Below are positions 19,410 through 28,629 of a stretch of 64,000 nucleotides of DNA, piece after piece. Each line of letters starts with the position of its first letter. Position 1 is the first letter of the stretch. The position numbers and the translations under genes are program-made. Location of the stretch: the IMG/VR virus record IMGVR_UViG_3300009008_003296, positions 13,182 through 77,181 of that record. One strand, written 5' to 3'. The DNA comes from a virus. Under the pieces are notes generated by a model. That model worked only from the letters and a program-made list of their open reading frames with translations. It made no database searches and was not told the origin of the DNA.

Positions 19410-20003
19410 ATGAATGTAGCTATTTATAAGCCCAACGCAAAGAAAACCGGCAACGCTTTTAACTTTCAAATATCCACCAAAAAAGACGTTACTTTTTATG
19501 TGAACGCTATCCAGCAACATAGTTGGAACGACAAGACAAAGACTGGTTCATTTGTTCAGAACAGAGAAGATCCTGATAAAAATATTAGCTTTAAGCTAAA
19601 CGAGTTTGAGCTTGGTGAAATGCTGTCAGCCTTTGAAGGGCGTTATTCATGGAATGCGTTTCATTCTTTTAACGATAACAAAACCATCATCAAGCTTGCG
19701 CCATGGGATAAGAAACGTACTGTTAAAAACAAGGATGGCGACGACTCTTTTGTGGTTCCGGCCTTTGGCTTTTCAGTGACACGAAACGGGAATCAAACTT
19801 TTAGATTACCGCTAGAGCCCGGAGAAGTAGAGGCTATCAAGCGATTAATCTATAAATATTTTGATGTTTTGTTTCAAAATAGAGAGTTTTCTAGCTCGGA
19901 TAACACCGCTGACGGCCATCGCCCATCCCCCAAGAAAACCTCTGCCCCCAAGCCTAAAAAGCCACCAGTAGAGGAAGAAGAGGATGATGATGCTCCGTTT
20001 TAA
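19410..20003 (+). CDS. Putative single-stranded DNA-binding protein (Whirly-like fold, SSB-type acidic tail)
   Basis: C-terminus EEEEDDDAPF; IYK.., FKLNEFELG, FH, FGFSV, LPLEPGE spaced like Whirly motifs. Confidence 0.6.
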   Translation: MNVAIYKPNAKKTGNAFNFQISTKKDVTFYVNAIQQHSWNDKTKTGSFVQNREDPDKNISFKLNEFELGEMLSAFEGRYSWNAFHSFNDNKTIIKLAPWDKKRTVKNKDGDDSFVVPAFGFSVTRNGNQTFRLPLEPGEVEAIKRLIYKYFDVLFQNREFSSSDNTADGHRPSPKKTSAPKPKKPPVEEEEDDDAPF

Positions 20004-20015
20004 GTGTAAATTACA

Positions 20016-21296
20016 ATGCCCAACTTAAGGGAATACATGGAAGAAGAAAATAAAAAAAACATGAGCAACCTAGAAAATTTACCAGATGGTGTAGACGAGC
20101 TTTCGCCCTCTCCCCAAGAAGAGTTTATAGACGAGGCCACAGACGAGGCCACAGACGAGGCCAGCTTTGAGGCTGAGGCGTTTTCAGATGATGACCTAGG
20201 GGTAGATATCCCTGATATTCCGCTGCCCTCAGAAGGGCCTCCAGAGGCTAATATAGAGGATAAGTTTGATTCAGCTTATAAATTTGCAGTCGTAGGGGTG
20301 GGTCAAGGAGGCTCTCGGTTAGCAGAGACATTCTGGAAGCTAGGATATAGGCGTGTAGCGGTTATCAATACCGCTGCCCAAGACCTAAAATCAATCAAGG
20401 TTCCTCGAGAAAATAAGCTTCTAATAGGGGGAGAAGGGGCCGGAAAAGATCGTAAGGTAGCTGAAGATATTTTTCAAGAGAACCGGGAAGATATCCTTGA
20501 TTTTTTAAAGCGTACTTTCAAAGGTGGGTTCGATAGAGCTTTGGTGTGCATTGGTGCAGGTGGCGGAACGGGAGCCGGGGGAGGTCCTGTTGCAGTAGAA
20601 ATAGTGCATGATCTTTGCCAAAGCTATAACATAGAATCCTCTGATGCTGATGCTCGCGTAGGTGCTGTAGTAGCTCTTCCTACTCGAGCAGAGGGCTCGC
20701 GCGTACAACAAAACGCCAAACAAACAGCAGACATACTAATCAAACAGTCTCAAGCGGGCACTTTATCCCCCCTTGTCATTTTAGATAACGAGCGTATCAA
20801 ACAAATTTATCCTAAATTGTCAGTCAATCAGTTTTGGAGTACCGCTAATACAAGTATCTGCTCTTTATTTCATTTATTTAATAAAATAGCATGCCAAGAT
20901 TCCCAATATACAGCTTTTGACAAAGCAGACTTGGATACTATTTTTTCATCAGGCATTATCTCTTTTGGGGCAGTCCCTGTTTCAAAAGGGGACGACGGTA
21001 TAGAGGAAACCGATATCAGTTATGCAGTTCGTGACAACCTTAAGAAGAATATTCTGGCGAACATTGAAGTATCCACAGGAGATGTAGCCGCATGCGTTGT
21101 AATCGGAGATCGCAAGACCCTCGACAATACGGCGCAGGAGAGCCTAGAACATGGCTTTGAGCAGCTTAGTCGTCTTTTGGGGTCTGGTTCGACAGTCCAC
21201 CGCGGCATTTACCATACTCCTAAAAAGGGGCTTGTGGTTTACACTATTATAGGAGGTATTAAAGCCCCTGAACAGTTGTTTGATTATTCCAAATAA
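20016..21296 (+). CDS. Tubulin/FtsZ-family GTPase (PhuZ/TubZ/CetZ-like) with acidic N-terminal extension
   Basis: VVGVGQGG, INTA..D, GAGKD, GAGGGTGAG signature, LP..AEG, DNE, FDKADL T7-like loop. Confidence 0.9.
   Translation: MPNLREYMEEENKKNMSNLENLPDGVDELSPSPQEEFIDEATDEATDEASFEAEAFSDDDLGVDIPDIPLPSEGPPEANIEDKFDSAYKFAVVGVGQGGSRLAETFWKLGYRRVAVINTAAQDLKSIKVPRENKLLIGGEGAGKDRKVAEDIFQENREDILDFLKRTFKGGFDRALVCIGAGGGTGAGGGPVAVEIVHDLCQSYNIESSDADARVGAVVALPTRAEGSRVQQNAKQTADILIKQSQAGTLSPLVILDNERIKQIYPKLSVNQFWSTANTSICSLFHLFNKIACQDSQYTAFDKADLDTIFSSGIISFGAVPVSKGDDGIEETDISYAVRDNLKKNILANIEVSTGDVAACVVIGDRKTLDNTAQESLEHGFEQLSRLLGSGSTVHRGIYHTPKKGLVVYTIIGGIKAPEQLFDYSK
20129..20163 (+). repeat. 12-bp coding tandem repeat x3 (AGACGAGGCCAC)
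   Basis: Encodes DEATDEATDEA in tubulin N-terminus. Confidence 0.85.
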
Positions 21297-21314
21297 TTAT
21301 ATATCGTTCCATTT

Positions 21315-21352
21315 AAGCGCACCTACAAGTTGAATTGTGGGTGTGTTTTTTT
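21315..21352 (+). terminator. Rho-independent terminator after tubulin gene
   Basis: AAGCGCACCTACAA / TTGTGGGTGTGTTT stem plus T run. Confidence 0.7.
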
Positions 21353-21368
21353 ATAATCCCTAACTTTT

Positions 21369-23282
21369 ATGGCTGAAAGAAAAAAGAAAATCCTGATTCA
21401 CAGCAACCACTGCAAGGCGTTTACAGGGTTTGGCAAACACAAGAAAAATCTTTTAAAGTATTTGCACCGTACTGGCAAATATGAAATAGTAGAGGCTTCT
21501 AATGCGAAGCATAAAGACCAAGTCTCCAATATGCCTTGGAAAGCTATTGGCACCCTTCCTTCTAACCAAAAACTTTTAATGGAGATTGGCAAAGACCCGA
21601 ATAGGCAGCGCAACGCAGGTTACGGGCACGAATTAATTAATGAAATAATTGAGGAAGAGAAACCTGATGTTTATTTAGGCATAGAGGATATTTGGGCCTT
21701 TAGTGGATTTACTTCGCGTCCATGGTGGAACAAAATGCATTGCATGATTCATACCACTTTAGACAGCGTCCCTCTTTTGCCCGAATCTATCCAAGCTGCA
21801 CCTAAAATAAAACATTATTTTGTATGGGCGTCATTTGCCCAGCGCGAACTCGAGAGGGTAGGGCATAAGCACATCAAAACAGTGAGAGGCTCTCTTGAGA
21901 CTAATCATTTTTTTAAAATAGACGACAAGGAGCGCGAGCGCCTAAGGGAGGATCATGGGCTTTCTAAAAATTTTGTGATTGGCTTTGTGTTCAGAAACCA
22001 GCTTCGAAAAAGCGTTCCCAATCTCCTAGAAGGCTTTAAAACATTTAAAGCAGCCCATCCAGAATCTAGTCCTAAACTTTTACTACACACCCATTGGGCC
22101 GAAGGATGGGACATACCTACCTTAATCAAAGAAAAGCAATTAGATAAAGACGATATTGTTACCACTTATATATGCGGCAAATGTCATCAGTATTTTGTGC
22201 GCAGCCATAACGGCCAAGCACAAGACTGTGCTGGATGCAACACAAAAGGTTCCCTGCATACAACCAATATTAAAGTCGGTGTTTCAGAAAAACAGTTGAA
22301 TGAGGTCTATAATTTAATGGACGTTTATTGCCACCCTTTTACTAGCGGAGGGCAAGAAATCCCTATCCAAGAAGCGAAGTTATCAGAGTTGATTACTTTG
22401 GTCACTAATTACTCTTGCGGAGAAGACTGCTGTACCCCTGATAGCGGGGGATTTCCTTTGGAGTGGGCCGAATATCGGGAGCCCGGCACCCAATTTATTA
22501 AAGCTTCCACTTCTGCTCGTTCTATTTTTGAGCAACTTGTTCGAGTTTATAAAATGAGCCCCGCAGAGCGCGCAGCCAAAGGGAAAGAGGCTCGACAATT
22601 TGTAATTGATAATTACTCTATTGAGGTAGTAGGTAAATTTTTTGAAGACTTGTTCGACGAGTTGCCCCTGATAGACTGGAGCGAAATTGACTTGCAAGCC
22701 GTGAAGCTTGAAAAAAGAAACCCAGACTATCAGCCTCCGGAGGAACCCAACAATTCAAAATGGCTTTTAGGCCTTTATAAAAACATGCTGCGCATGGATA
22801 TAGACGAAACAGATAATGGTTACAAGTATTGGATGAACGAATTTGTTAAAGGTAAAGCTAGAGCCGACATTTTAAATTTCTTTGTCCAAACAGCTAAAAA
22901 AGAAAACGCCGATCTTTTTAAAAAATCTTTAAAAGAAGAGATAGATTCTAGTCGCCCCAATAAAAGAATTGCCTATGTGATGCCGGACCACGAGGAAGAT
23001 GTCTTTATGAGCTTAAGTGTTATTAAGTCCCTCAAACAACTTTACCCGGATCATGACATATATTTCTTCACTCAAAGAAAACATTTTCCGTTAGTGGACG
23101 AAAGCACTGATGTCTATAAGCTGTGTGAGTTTTATAACGAAATGGATGATTGTTTATATTTTGAAGGAAAGGCAGATGAAAAGGGTTTGTTTGATATGGC
23201 TTTTCTGCCTTGGCTTGAAACTAAACGAGCTTTAAATTATACCCGCCATGGTCGAGACAAGCTTCAATTTGACTTAGCATGA
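21369..23282 (+). CDS. GT-B (GT4-like) glycosyltransferase with zinc-ribbon insert and extra C-terminal domain
   Basis: TGFG, RNQLRK, YNLMDVY..P..SGGQEIPIQEA; CGKC...CAGC insert. Confidence 0.78.
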   Translation: MAERKKKILIHSNHCKAFTGFGKHKKNLLKYLHRTGKYEIVEASNAKHKDQVSNMPWKAIGTLPSNQKLLMEIGKDPNRQRNAGYGHELINEIIEEEKPDVYLGIEDIWAFSGFTSRPWWNKMHCMIHTTLDSVPLLPESIQAAPKIKHYFVWASFAQRELERVGHKHIKTVRGSLETNHFFKIDDKERERLREDHGLSKNFVIGFVFRNQLRKSVPNLLEGFKTFKAAHPESSPKLLLHTHWAEGWDIPTLIKEKQLDKDDIVTTYICGKCHQYFVRSHNGQAQDCAGCNTKGSLHTTNIKVGVSEKQLNEVYNLMDVYCHPFTSGGQEIPIQEAKLSELITLVTNYSCGEDCCTPDSGGFPLEWAEYREPGTQFIKASTSARSIFEQLVRVYKMSPAERAAKGKEARQFVIDNYSIEVVGKFFEDLFDELPLIDWSEIDLQAVKLEKRNPDYQPPEEPNNSKWLLGLYKNMLRMDIDETDNGYKYWMNEFVKGKARADILNFFVQTAKKENADLFKKSLKEEIDSSRPNKRIAYVMPDHEEDVFMSLSVIKSLKQLYPDHDIYFFTQRKHFPLVDESTDVYKLCEFYNEMDDCLYFEGKADEKGLFDMAFLPWLETKRALNYTRHGRDKLQFDLA

Positions 23283-24433
23283 ATGTTCTAGAAAAATACA
23301 GTATAAATTGTGGCGTAAAAATATCCCACCCGGCTGCCGCTTCGTCGTATTTTCCTCTTCGGGACGAAGAATATATTATATTGGATTTACGCAATAAATA
23401 CCCCAGCAACATTTATGAGGTTTTTCCTGACGTGTTAGCCTATATTAATAGCAGCCTTAAAAAGGCTAATATCAAAATATACGCTTTCAATAATTCAGAA
23501 AGTGAAATTGTTGCCGGAACCCAACCTTTTATTAGTCTGACAAAAAAACAAGAGGCTTATCTTATTAAAAATTCTCTTTTGGTCGTTTCAGGAGATAATC
23601 TTTCAGCTCACTATGCGGCGGCTTTTGGGGTTCCTAGTTTGGGACTTTATTCCGCTTACCCTGCTGCCTGTACAGCCCCTCTTTGGGGCAAGTCTCATTC
23701 TTCATTAGAGAGCGACCGGTGCGGCAACCTTCCTTCTTACGGTATAGAAGAAAATCCTAAAACTATTAATTTTATTAAGCCAGAAAAGATTGCTGCTTTG
23801 ATTTTAGAAAAACTTAAAATTGACCACCCCATCGCCGACGAAACTATTTACATAGGGGATCATTATCCAATTAAAGTAGTTGAAGTTATCCCGGACCATA
23901 TTTCGCCTCCTGATTTTTTACAAGGTAGAGCAATCAACTTGCGTGCCGATTATCATTTTGACGAAGAACGTATTGTACACTGGCTTCAAGGAAGAACAGT
24001 TAACCTGTTAGTAGATCGACCTATTAATTTAAATTTATTAAAATATTTTAAACAAAACATTGTTCAACTTACAGTTAACATTAATGATTCTTTTTCAGAA
24101 GAGTACCTAAAATCAGTGGTGGCTCTAGGAATTAAATCAGAGATTTTTTGCGAAGATAAAGCGAGGTTAAGTGATTTTAGGTTTAACTTATTTGATTTTG
24201 ATATAGAAGAGAGTATTTTTAAGTCTAAAAAAGACCTTGATGAGTCTTTAAATAAATTTAACAAAAACACAAAGTTCTTGTCTGGCAAAATTTTACTTAG
24301 TGACGGACAAAGGTACTCATGCCTTGAGGCAAAAAAACAAAAAAATGTCTTGACAGGAGAGCCCGAAGTAGTGTATGATACAGAAGACTTTTGGAAAGAA
24401 TTAGATCACTACAGACTCTTTAACAATATATGA
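23279..24433 (+). CDS. GT9 (heptosyltransferase-family)-like glycosyltransferase
   Basis: VVSGDNLSAHYAAAFGVPSLGLY resembles the GT9 D(S/T)G..HLAAA..P motif. Confidence 0.6.
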   Translation: MNVLEKYSINCGVKISHPAAASSYFPLRDEEYIILDLRNKYPSNIYEVFPDVLAYINSSLKKANIKIYAFNNSESEIVAGTQPFISLTKKQEAYLIKNSLLVVSGDNLSAHYAAAFGVPSLGLYSAYPAACTAPLWGKSHSSLESDRCGNLPSYGIEENPKTINFIKPEKIAALILEKLKIDHPIADETIYIGDHYPIKVVEVIPDHISPPDFLQGRAINLRADYHFDEERIVHWLQGRTVNLLVDRPINLNLLKYFKQNIVQLTVNINDSFSEEYLKSVVALGIKSEIFCEDKARLSDFRFNLFDFDIEESIFKSKKDLDESLNKFNKNTKFLSGKILLSDGQRYSCLEAKKQKNVLTGEPEVVYDTEDFWKELDHYRLFNNI

Positions 24434-25191
24434 CATACAAGCGAAACGAAGATGGGCTTCTTGAAGGGGTAGACTATACATTCAACGACGACAGTTCAGT
24501 GGACTGGCGCGCCATGATTGACCCAAAGCATCTTTACCCAAATAAAGGGTGGTTTGAATCGCGTGGAGAACCAATGCCTCGTTCCTCAGAAGGGTTAGCT
24601 GATCACCAATTACTTATCAAACTGTCAGGTATTAAAGAACTAGCTAAGTTGCGAGGGTTTGATGGAGTTCGTTATGAAGTTATTAAATGCGAGAAAGATC
24701 ATGTCGCAGTGAAGTGTCGCATACATTGGATACCAAATTTTGAGTCAGGCATGTATTACTCCCTTAAAGAGGGGGACGAGGATTATTTTAATAGTCGAGT
24801 AGCATTTGAGGACATTGCAAACGCAACAACCGAAAATACTAGTAGCTTTGCTCAAAAATTTCTAGAAACTATAGCGGCTAATCGCGCTTTCGTGCGCTGT
24901 GTTCGCAATTTTTTAAATGTTCATATTGTAGGGGCCGACGAGATAGACAGCTCTCAAAGTAATACTGTCCCTCCTGCGACCCAAGAGCCTAAGCGACCAG
25001 ACAAGCTGTCCCCTATTAACTTATTGATGGAAAAAGTAGATCTTGGAGAGGAAGATTTTTCTACCTTTAAAGATATTTTACGAGGTCTATGGAAAAATAA
25101 ACAATATCAAAACGAAAAAGTTGCCGACTGGGAAAGTTGGGATGACATTCCTAAGCGCGAAGTAGTTAAAATCTTAGGGATCATAGACTAA
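24430..25191 (+). CDS. Putative ssDNA-annealing protein, Rad52/Sak/ERF-like
   Basis: GIKELA, VAVKC, ANA..EN, IAANRAFVRCVR..LN, GADE pattern. Confidence 0.55.
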   Translation: MTYKRNEDGLLEGVDYTFNDDSSVDWRAMIDPKHLYPNKGWFESRGEPMPRSSEGLADHQLLIKLSGIKELAKLRGFDGVRYEVIKCEKDHVAVKCRIHWIPNFESGMYYSLKEGDEDYFNSRVAFEDIANATTENTSSFAQKFLETIAANRAFVRCVRNFLNVHIVGADEIDSSQSNTVPPATQEPKRPDKLSPINLLMEKVDLGEEDFSTFKDILRGLWKNKQYQNEKVADWESWDDIPKREVVKILGIID

Positions 25192-25539
25192 TGTATTTAT
25201 TTTTTATTTTACTTGCGTCCGGTATCGCTTTGTGGACCATGTGCCAGAAAAGTAACGAAGACGATGATGATGGCCCGATTTGGAGATAAAACTTCAATTC
25301 TCGTGAACGAAAAAATTTTTTCAAAACAAATTCAAACAATAGTGGACTATATACTATGTCAATCAATGTAATAAACAGAACATCAACCCAAAAGGTTGCC
25401 CTTAAGGTATGCGAAGAAAAGCGCCCCCAATTCACAAGAGTATCTCCGATTTGGCTTGACAAACTGAACCAAGACGTTATACTTCTTATAGAAGATAGAA
25501 TTTTACACAACACTAGCAAACAAAAAACATTACGATAAT

Positions 25540-25830
25540 ATGAGTAATAATACTAAGGAATCCGAATGGAAGAACCGCGAGCGCGGAGCTCTTTGGAAGA
25601 AGCAAGGCAAGAACCAGAACTACCTGACTGGTGTCATCAAAAGCCTAGACGACATGGGACAGGAAGTAAAAAACAAAGTGATTGTTTTTGCCAACAAGAA
25701 CAAGACCAGCGAAAATGCTCCGGATTTCATTATTTATGAATCCAAGGACATGAACCAAGCCGACACCGCGGCTTCCGCAACCGCTTCGACCAACGAGAAC
25801 AACGAAGAAATTCCCGCCCTGTTGAAGTAA
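25540..25830 (+). CDS. DUF736-like protein
   Basis: GALWKK...YLTG...VFAN..K..ENAPDF.IY. Confidence 0.6.
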   Translation: MSNNTKESEWKNRERGALWKKQGKNQNYLTGVIKSLDDMGQEVKNKVIVFANKNKTSENAPDFIIYESKDMNQADTAASATASTNENNEEIPALLK

Positions 25831-26188
25831 AATGACAAACTCCCTCTTATCAGAAAAGATAGCAGAGATATCTGACACTCTAGTTTCCTACGCTCCCAGT
25901 TTTGAGAGCGATGAAGATAAAGAGGAATACATTTATGCGGTAAACGAGGCTATTCTCGACTTAGAAAAAATACAAGAACAGTTAGCAACTACATAACAAT
26001 GTCTAATTCTGTCAGCGAGTTCGAAAGAACCAAACCAACAGAGACGTATAAGCTCTTTAAAGAACTTATACAAAAATATAGCAAACTCGGCGAAGTAAAT
26101 CCCCCAATGGATGATATTGATTGTGCTATTCAAAGAACCTCTACAATGGTAGTAGAGGATTTAAATAATCTTTTTAAGCTTTTCAAAA

Positions 26189-26611
26189 GTGGCGAGTAAG
26201 AGAATAGATTGGGTTCGATATGCCCTTGACCTTGCTAAGGTGGCCGCTACTCGTAGCGAAGATCCCTTTGTCAAGGTCGGGGCAACGATCCTTCGAAAAG
26301 ATCACTCTATCGCATCCTTGGGCTACAATGGAGTCCCCTCTGGCGTAAAAATTAACTGGGGCGACCGAGATGAGCGTCGCAAGAGAGTTATTCATGCGGA
26401 AATTAATGCGTTGCGCTACATCAAACCACAAGAGGGCTACATATTAGCCTGTTGTTTGTCTCCGTGTAGGTATTGCGTACAAGCTATCGCATCTTACGGT
26501 ATTAAGATTGTGTGCTATGATGAAGAGTATGACAAAGACGAGTTTGCTTTTGAGTTAGCGAAAGAGTTTGGCGTGAGTTTATGCAAGTACACTGAAGGGA
26601 TTTATGAATAA
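26189..26611 (+). CDS. dCMP deaminase (cytidine/deoxycytidylate deaminase family)
   Basis: RSED...VGA, GYNG.P, HAE.NAL, SPCRYC. Confidence 0.92.
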   Translation: MASKRIDWVRYALDLAKVAATRSEDPFVKVGATILRKDHSIASLGYNGVPSGVKINWGDRDERRKRVIHAEINALRYIKPQEGYILACCLSPCRYCVQAIASYGIKIVCYDEEYDKDEFAFELAKEFGVSLCKYTEGIYE

Positions 26612-26881
26612 ATGTGCATCATTTTATTCTCCAGCTTGACAAGGAGGTATCTTCCGATGACTGTATCATCGCTTTAGATGATTTTATGTCTAGCATTATT
26701 GACCACCATATTCACCAAACCCCAATAAACCCTAAATATTTATTTTCAAAAAAATCACATTTGTTAGACGACCTGACTTCCAAAATGAGACACGTTCAAA
26801 CAAACACCCACCTTTTTTTAGTTATATCAGAATAAGAGGTTGACTTTTTCTTTTTTTGAATTAAAATTTTTATATATACGA

Positions 26882-27148
26882 ATGAGTACTATACTAGAAA
26901 CCGTAACGGAAGCTCCAGCTACGCTGGTTAGCGCTATTGAATCAGCCAACTCTGAACAGCTTGATACTTTATGGAGTATTTTAAAGTATAAAGAGATTGG
27001 TATTTTTAGAAAAATTAAATGTATGACTCATGTGTTAGGTCTTGAATTCACTCAAGTGGTAGATGATTTGCCTAAAGATGACGAAGGGCGTGTTTTAGAC
27101 TATAAGACACGTCATATGATTCACGATATTTTAATCCAAGTCTCTTAA
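26882..27148 (+). CDS. hypothetical protein
   Basis: Likely start MSTILET at 26882. Confidence 0.55.
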   Translation: MSTILETVTEAPATLVSAIESANSEQLDTLWSILKYKEIGIFRKIKCMTHVLGLEFTQVVDDLPKDDEGRVLDYKTRHMIHDILIQVS

Positions 27149-27155
27149 AAAACAA

Positions 27156-27377
27156 ATGAACGACGACATGTCTTCGGAAAGTGGCTCTTATATTGTAAGA
27201 GATAAGCGTGGCACCTATATGAGTGGCTATAGCCAGCAACTAGGAAAAACCAAGGCCCGTGCTTGGGCTCGCCATTGTGCACAGCGCTCGAAAGGGGTGC
27301 TCTATTTTCGCAAAGGAGAAGGCGAGCCAGAGGAAGAGCTCGAAAATTATTTAGTGGCCCTCAAAAATAAAGGGTAA
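27156..27377 (+). CDS. hypothetical protein
   Basis: 73-aa ORF in gene train. Confidence 0.55.
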   Translation: MNDDMSSESGSYIVRDKRGTYMSGYSQQLGKTKARAWARHCAQRSKGVLYFRKGEGEPEEELENYLVALKNKG

Positions 27378-27379
27378 AC

Positions 27380-28249
27380 ATTAAACGGGTTTTTATTCAT
27401 CTTGCGTCTAATTCGCTTGGGGATAATTTGGCGTGGACACCTCAAGTAGAGGAATTTAGGCGCCTTCACCAATGCGATGTGGATGTTCACGTCTCTCCAC
27501 GTTTACGTTGTCTTTTTGATGGGGCCTACCCTTTATTGAATTTTGCTTCTGAAGTTCCTGACGGAATAAAAGGCATTTCTATAGGGTGCCACACGCCAAA
27601 TGACACCACGAAACCTGTTATTCAGATAGCCACCGATCAACTCGGGCTTCCTTATAGAGAAATTAAACCTAAAATAACGCTACCCACTAACTTAAAAAAT
27701 AATTTTAATAAAAAGTATGTTTGTATTGCAACCCAATCTACGGCCCAATGCAAATACTGGAATAACCCTAGTGGGTGGAAGCAAACGGTTGATTACCTCA
27801 AAGTCTTAGGCTACGAGGTAGTATGTATAGACCGAGACGCTTGTTTTGGTGTGAAAGGCCAGTGGAACCATACTCCAGATAACGCCATAAGAAAAAACAA
27901 TTTTAAAGAGAATAATGATCCTGAGATTCCTTTGACTGATCGTATCAATGACTTATATTTTTGTGATTTTTTTATTGGACTAGGATCAGGCCTTTCGTGG
28001 CTTGCGTGGGCCCTTGAAAAGCCGGTAGTATTAATTTCTGGCTTTTCGCCACCATCTGCTGAATTTTATACCCCTTACCGAGTTATTAATCAAAATGTTT
28101 GCAATTCTTGCTGGGGTGACCCTGATCACCCTTTTGATAAAGGTGACTGGATGTGGTGCCCTCGCCACAAAGATACTTCTCGTCATTTTGAATGCAGCAA
28201 AGAAATAACCTTTGAAATGGTTAAAAAACAAATAGATCGTTTACTATGA
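27380..28249 (+). CDS. AAH/TibC-like autotransporter O-heptosyltransferase homologue 1 (probable ATT start)
   Basis: SLGDNLAW, CIATQSTAQCKYWNNP.GW, FIGLGSGLSWLAWA, ISGFS, CNSCW...WCP...FECSKEIT (four-Cys motif). Confidence 0.82.
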   Translation: MKRVFIHLASNSLGDNLAWTPQVEEFRRLHQCDVDVHVSPRLRCLFDGAYPLLNFASEVPDGIKGISIGCHTPNDTTKPVIQIATDQLGLPYREIKPKITLPTNLKNNFNKKYVCIATQSTAQCKYWNNPSGWKQTVDYLKVLGYEVVCIDRDACFGVKGQWNHTPDNAIRKNNFKENNDPEIPLTDRINDLYFCDFFIGLGSGLSWLAWALEKPVVLISGFSPPSAEFYTPYRVINQNVCNSCWGDPDHPFDKGDWMWCPRHKDTSRHFECSKEITFEMVKKQIDRLL

Positions 28250-28629
28250 AAATAGAAGTATCAAACGGAGAAATTTTAGATAAACTATCTATCCTTGAGC
28301 TGAAGCTTCATTTTATGGAAGATGAATCGCAAAAAGCTAATGTCCAAAAAGAATACGATCTCTTAAAAACAGTAAGCACAAAAATCCTTTTGACCAACAA
28401 CAAAACCTTTCCTGAGGGTTTGTATAACGAGTTACGTCATATTAACTTGAAATTATGGTCTATTGAACATAAAATTAGATCAAAAGAATTTAACGATGAG
28501 TTTGATAAAGGTTTTATCCAATTAGCTCGCTCTGTTTACAAAACCAATGACAAAAGAGCCCGCATCAAAAAAGAAATCAATGTGCTCACAGGTTCGATGC
28601 TTGTAGAGGAAAAACACTATGAAGACTAA
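28246..28629 (+). CDS. DUF6165-like protein
   Basis: VSNGEILDKLSILELK...LWSIE...FIQLARSVYKTNDKRA.IK..IN...EEK.Y. Confidence 0.75.
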   Translation: MKIEVSNGEILDKLSILELKLHFMEDESQKANVQKEYDLLKTVSTKILLTNNKTFPEGLYNELRHINLKLWSIEHKIRSKEFNDEFDKGFIQLARSVYKTNDKRARIKKEINVLTGSMLVEEKHYED

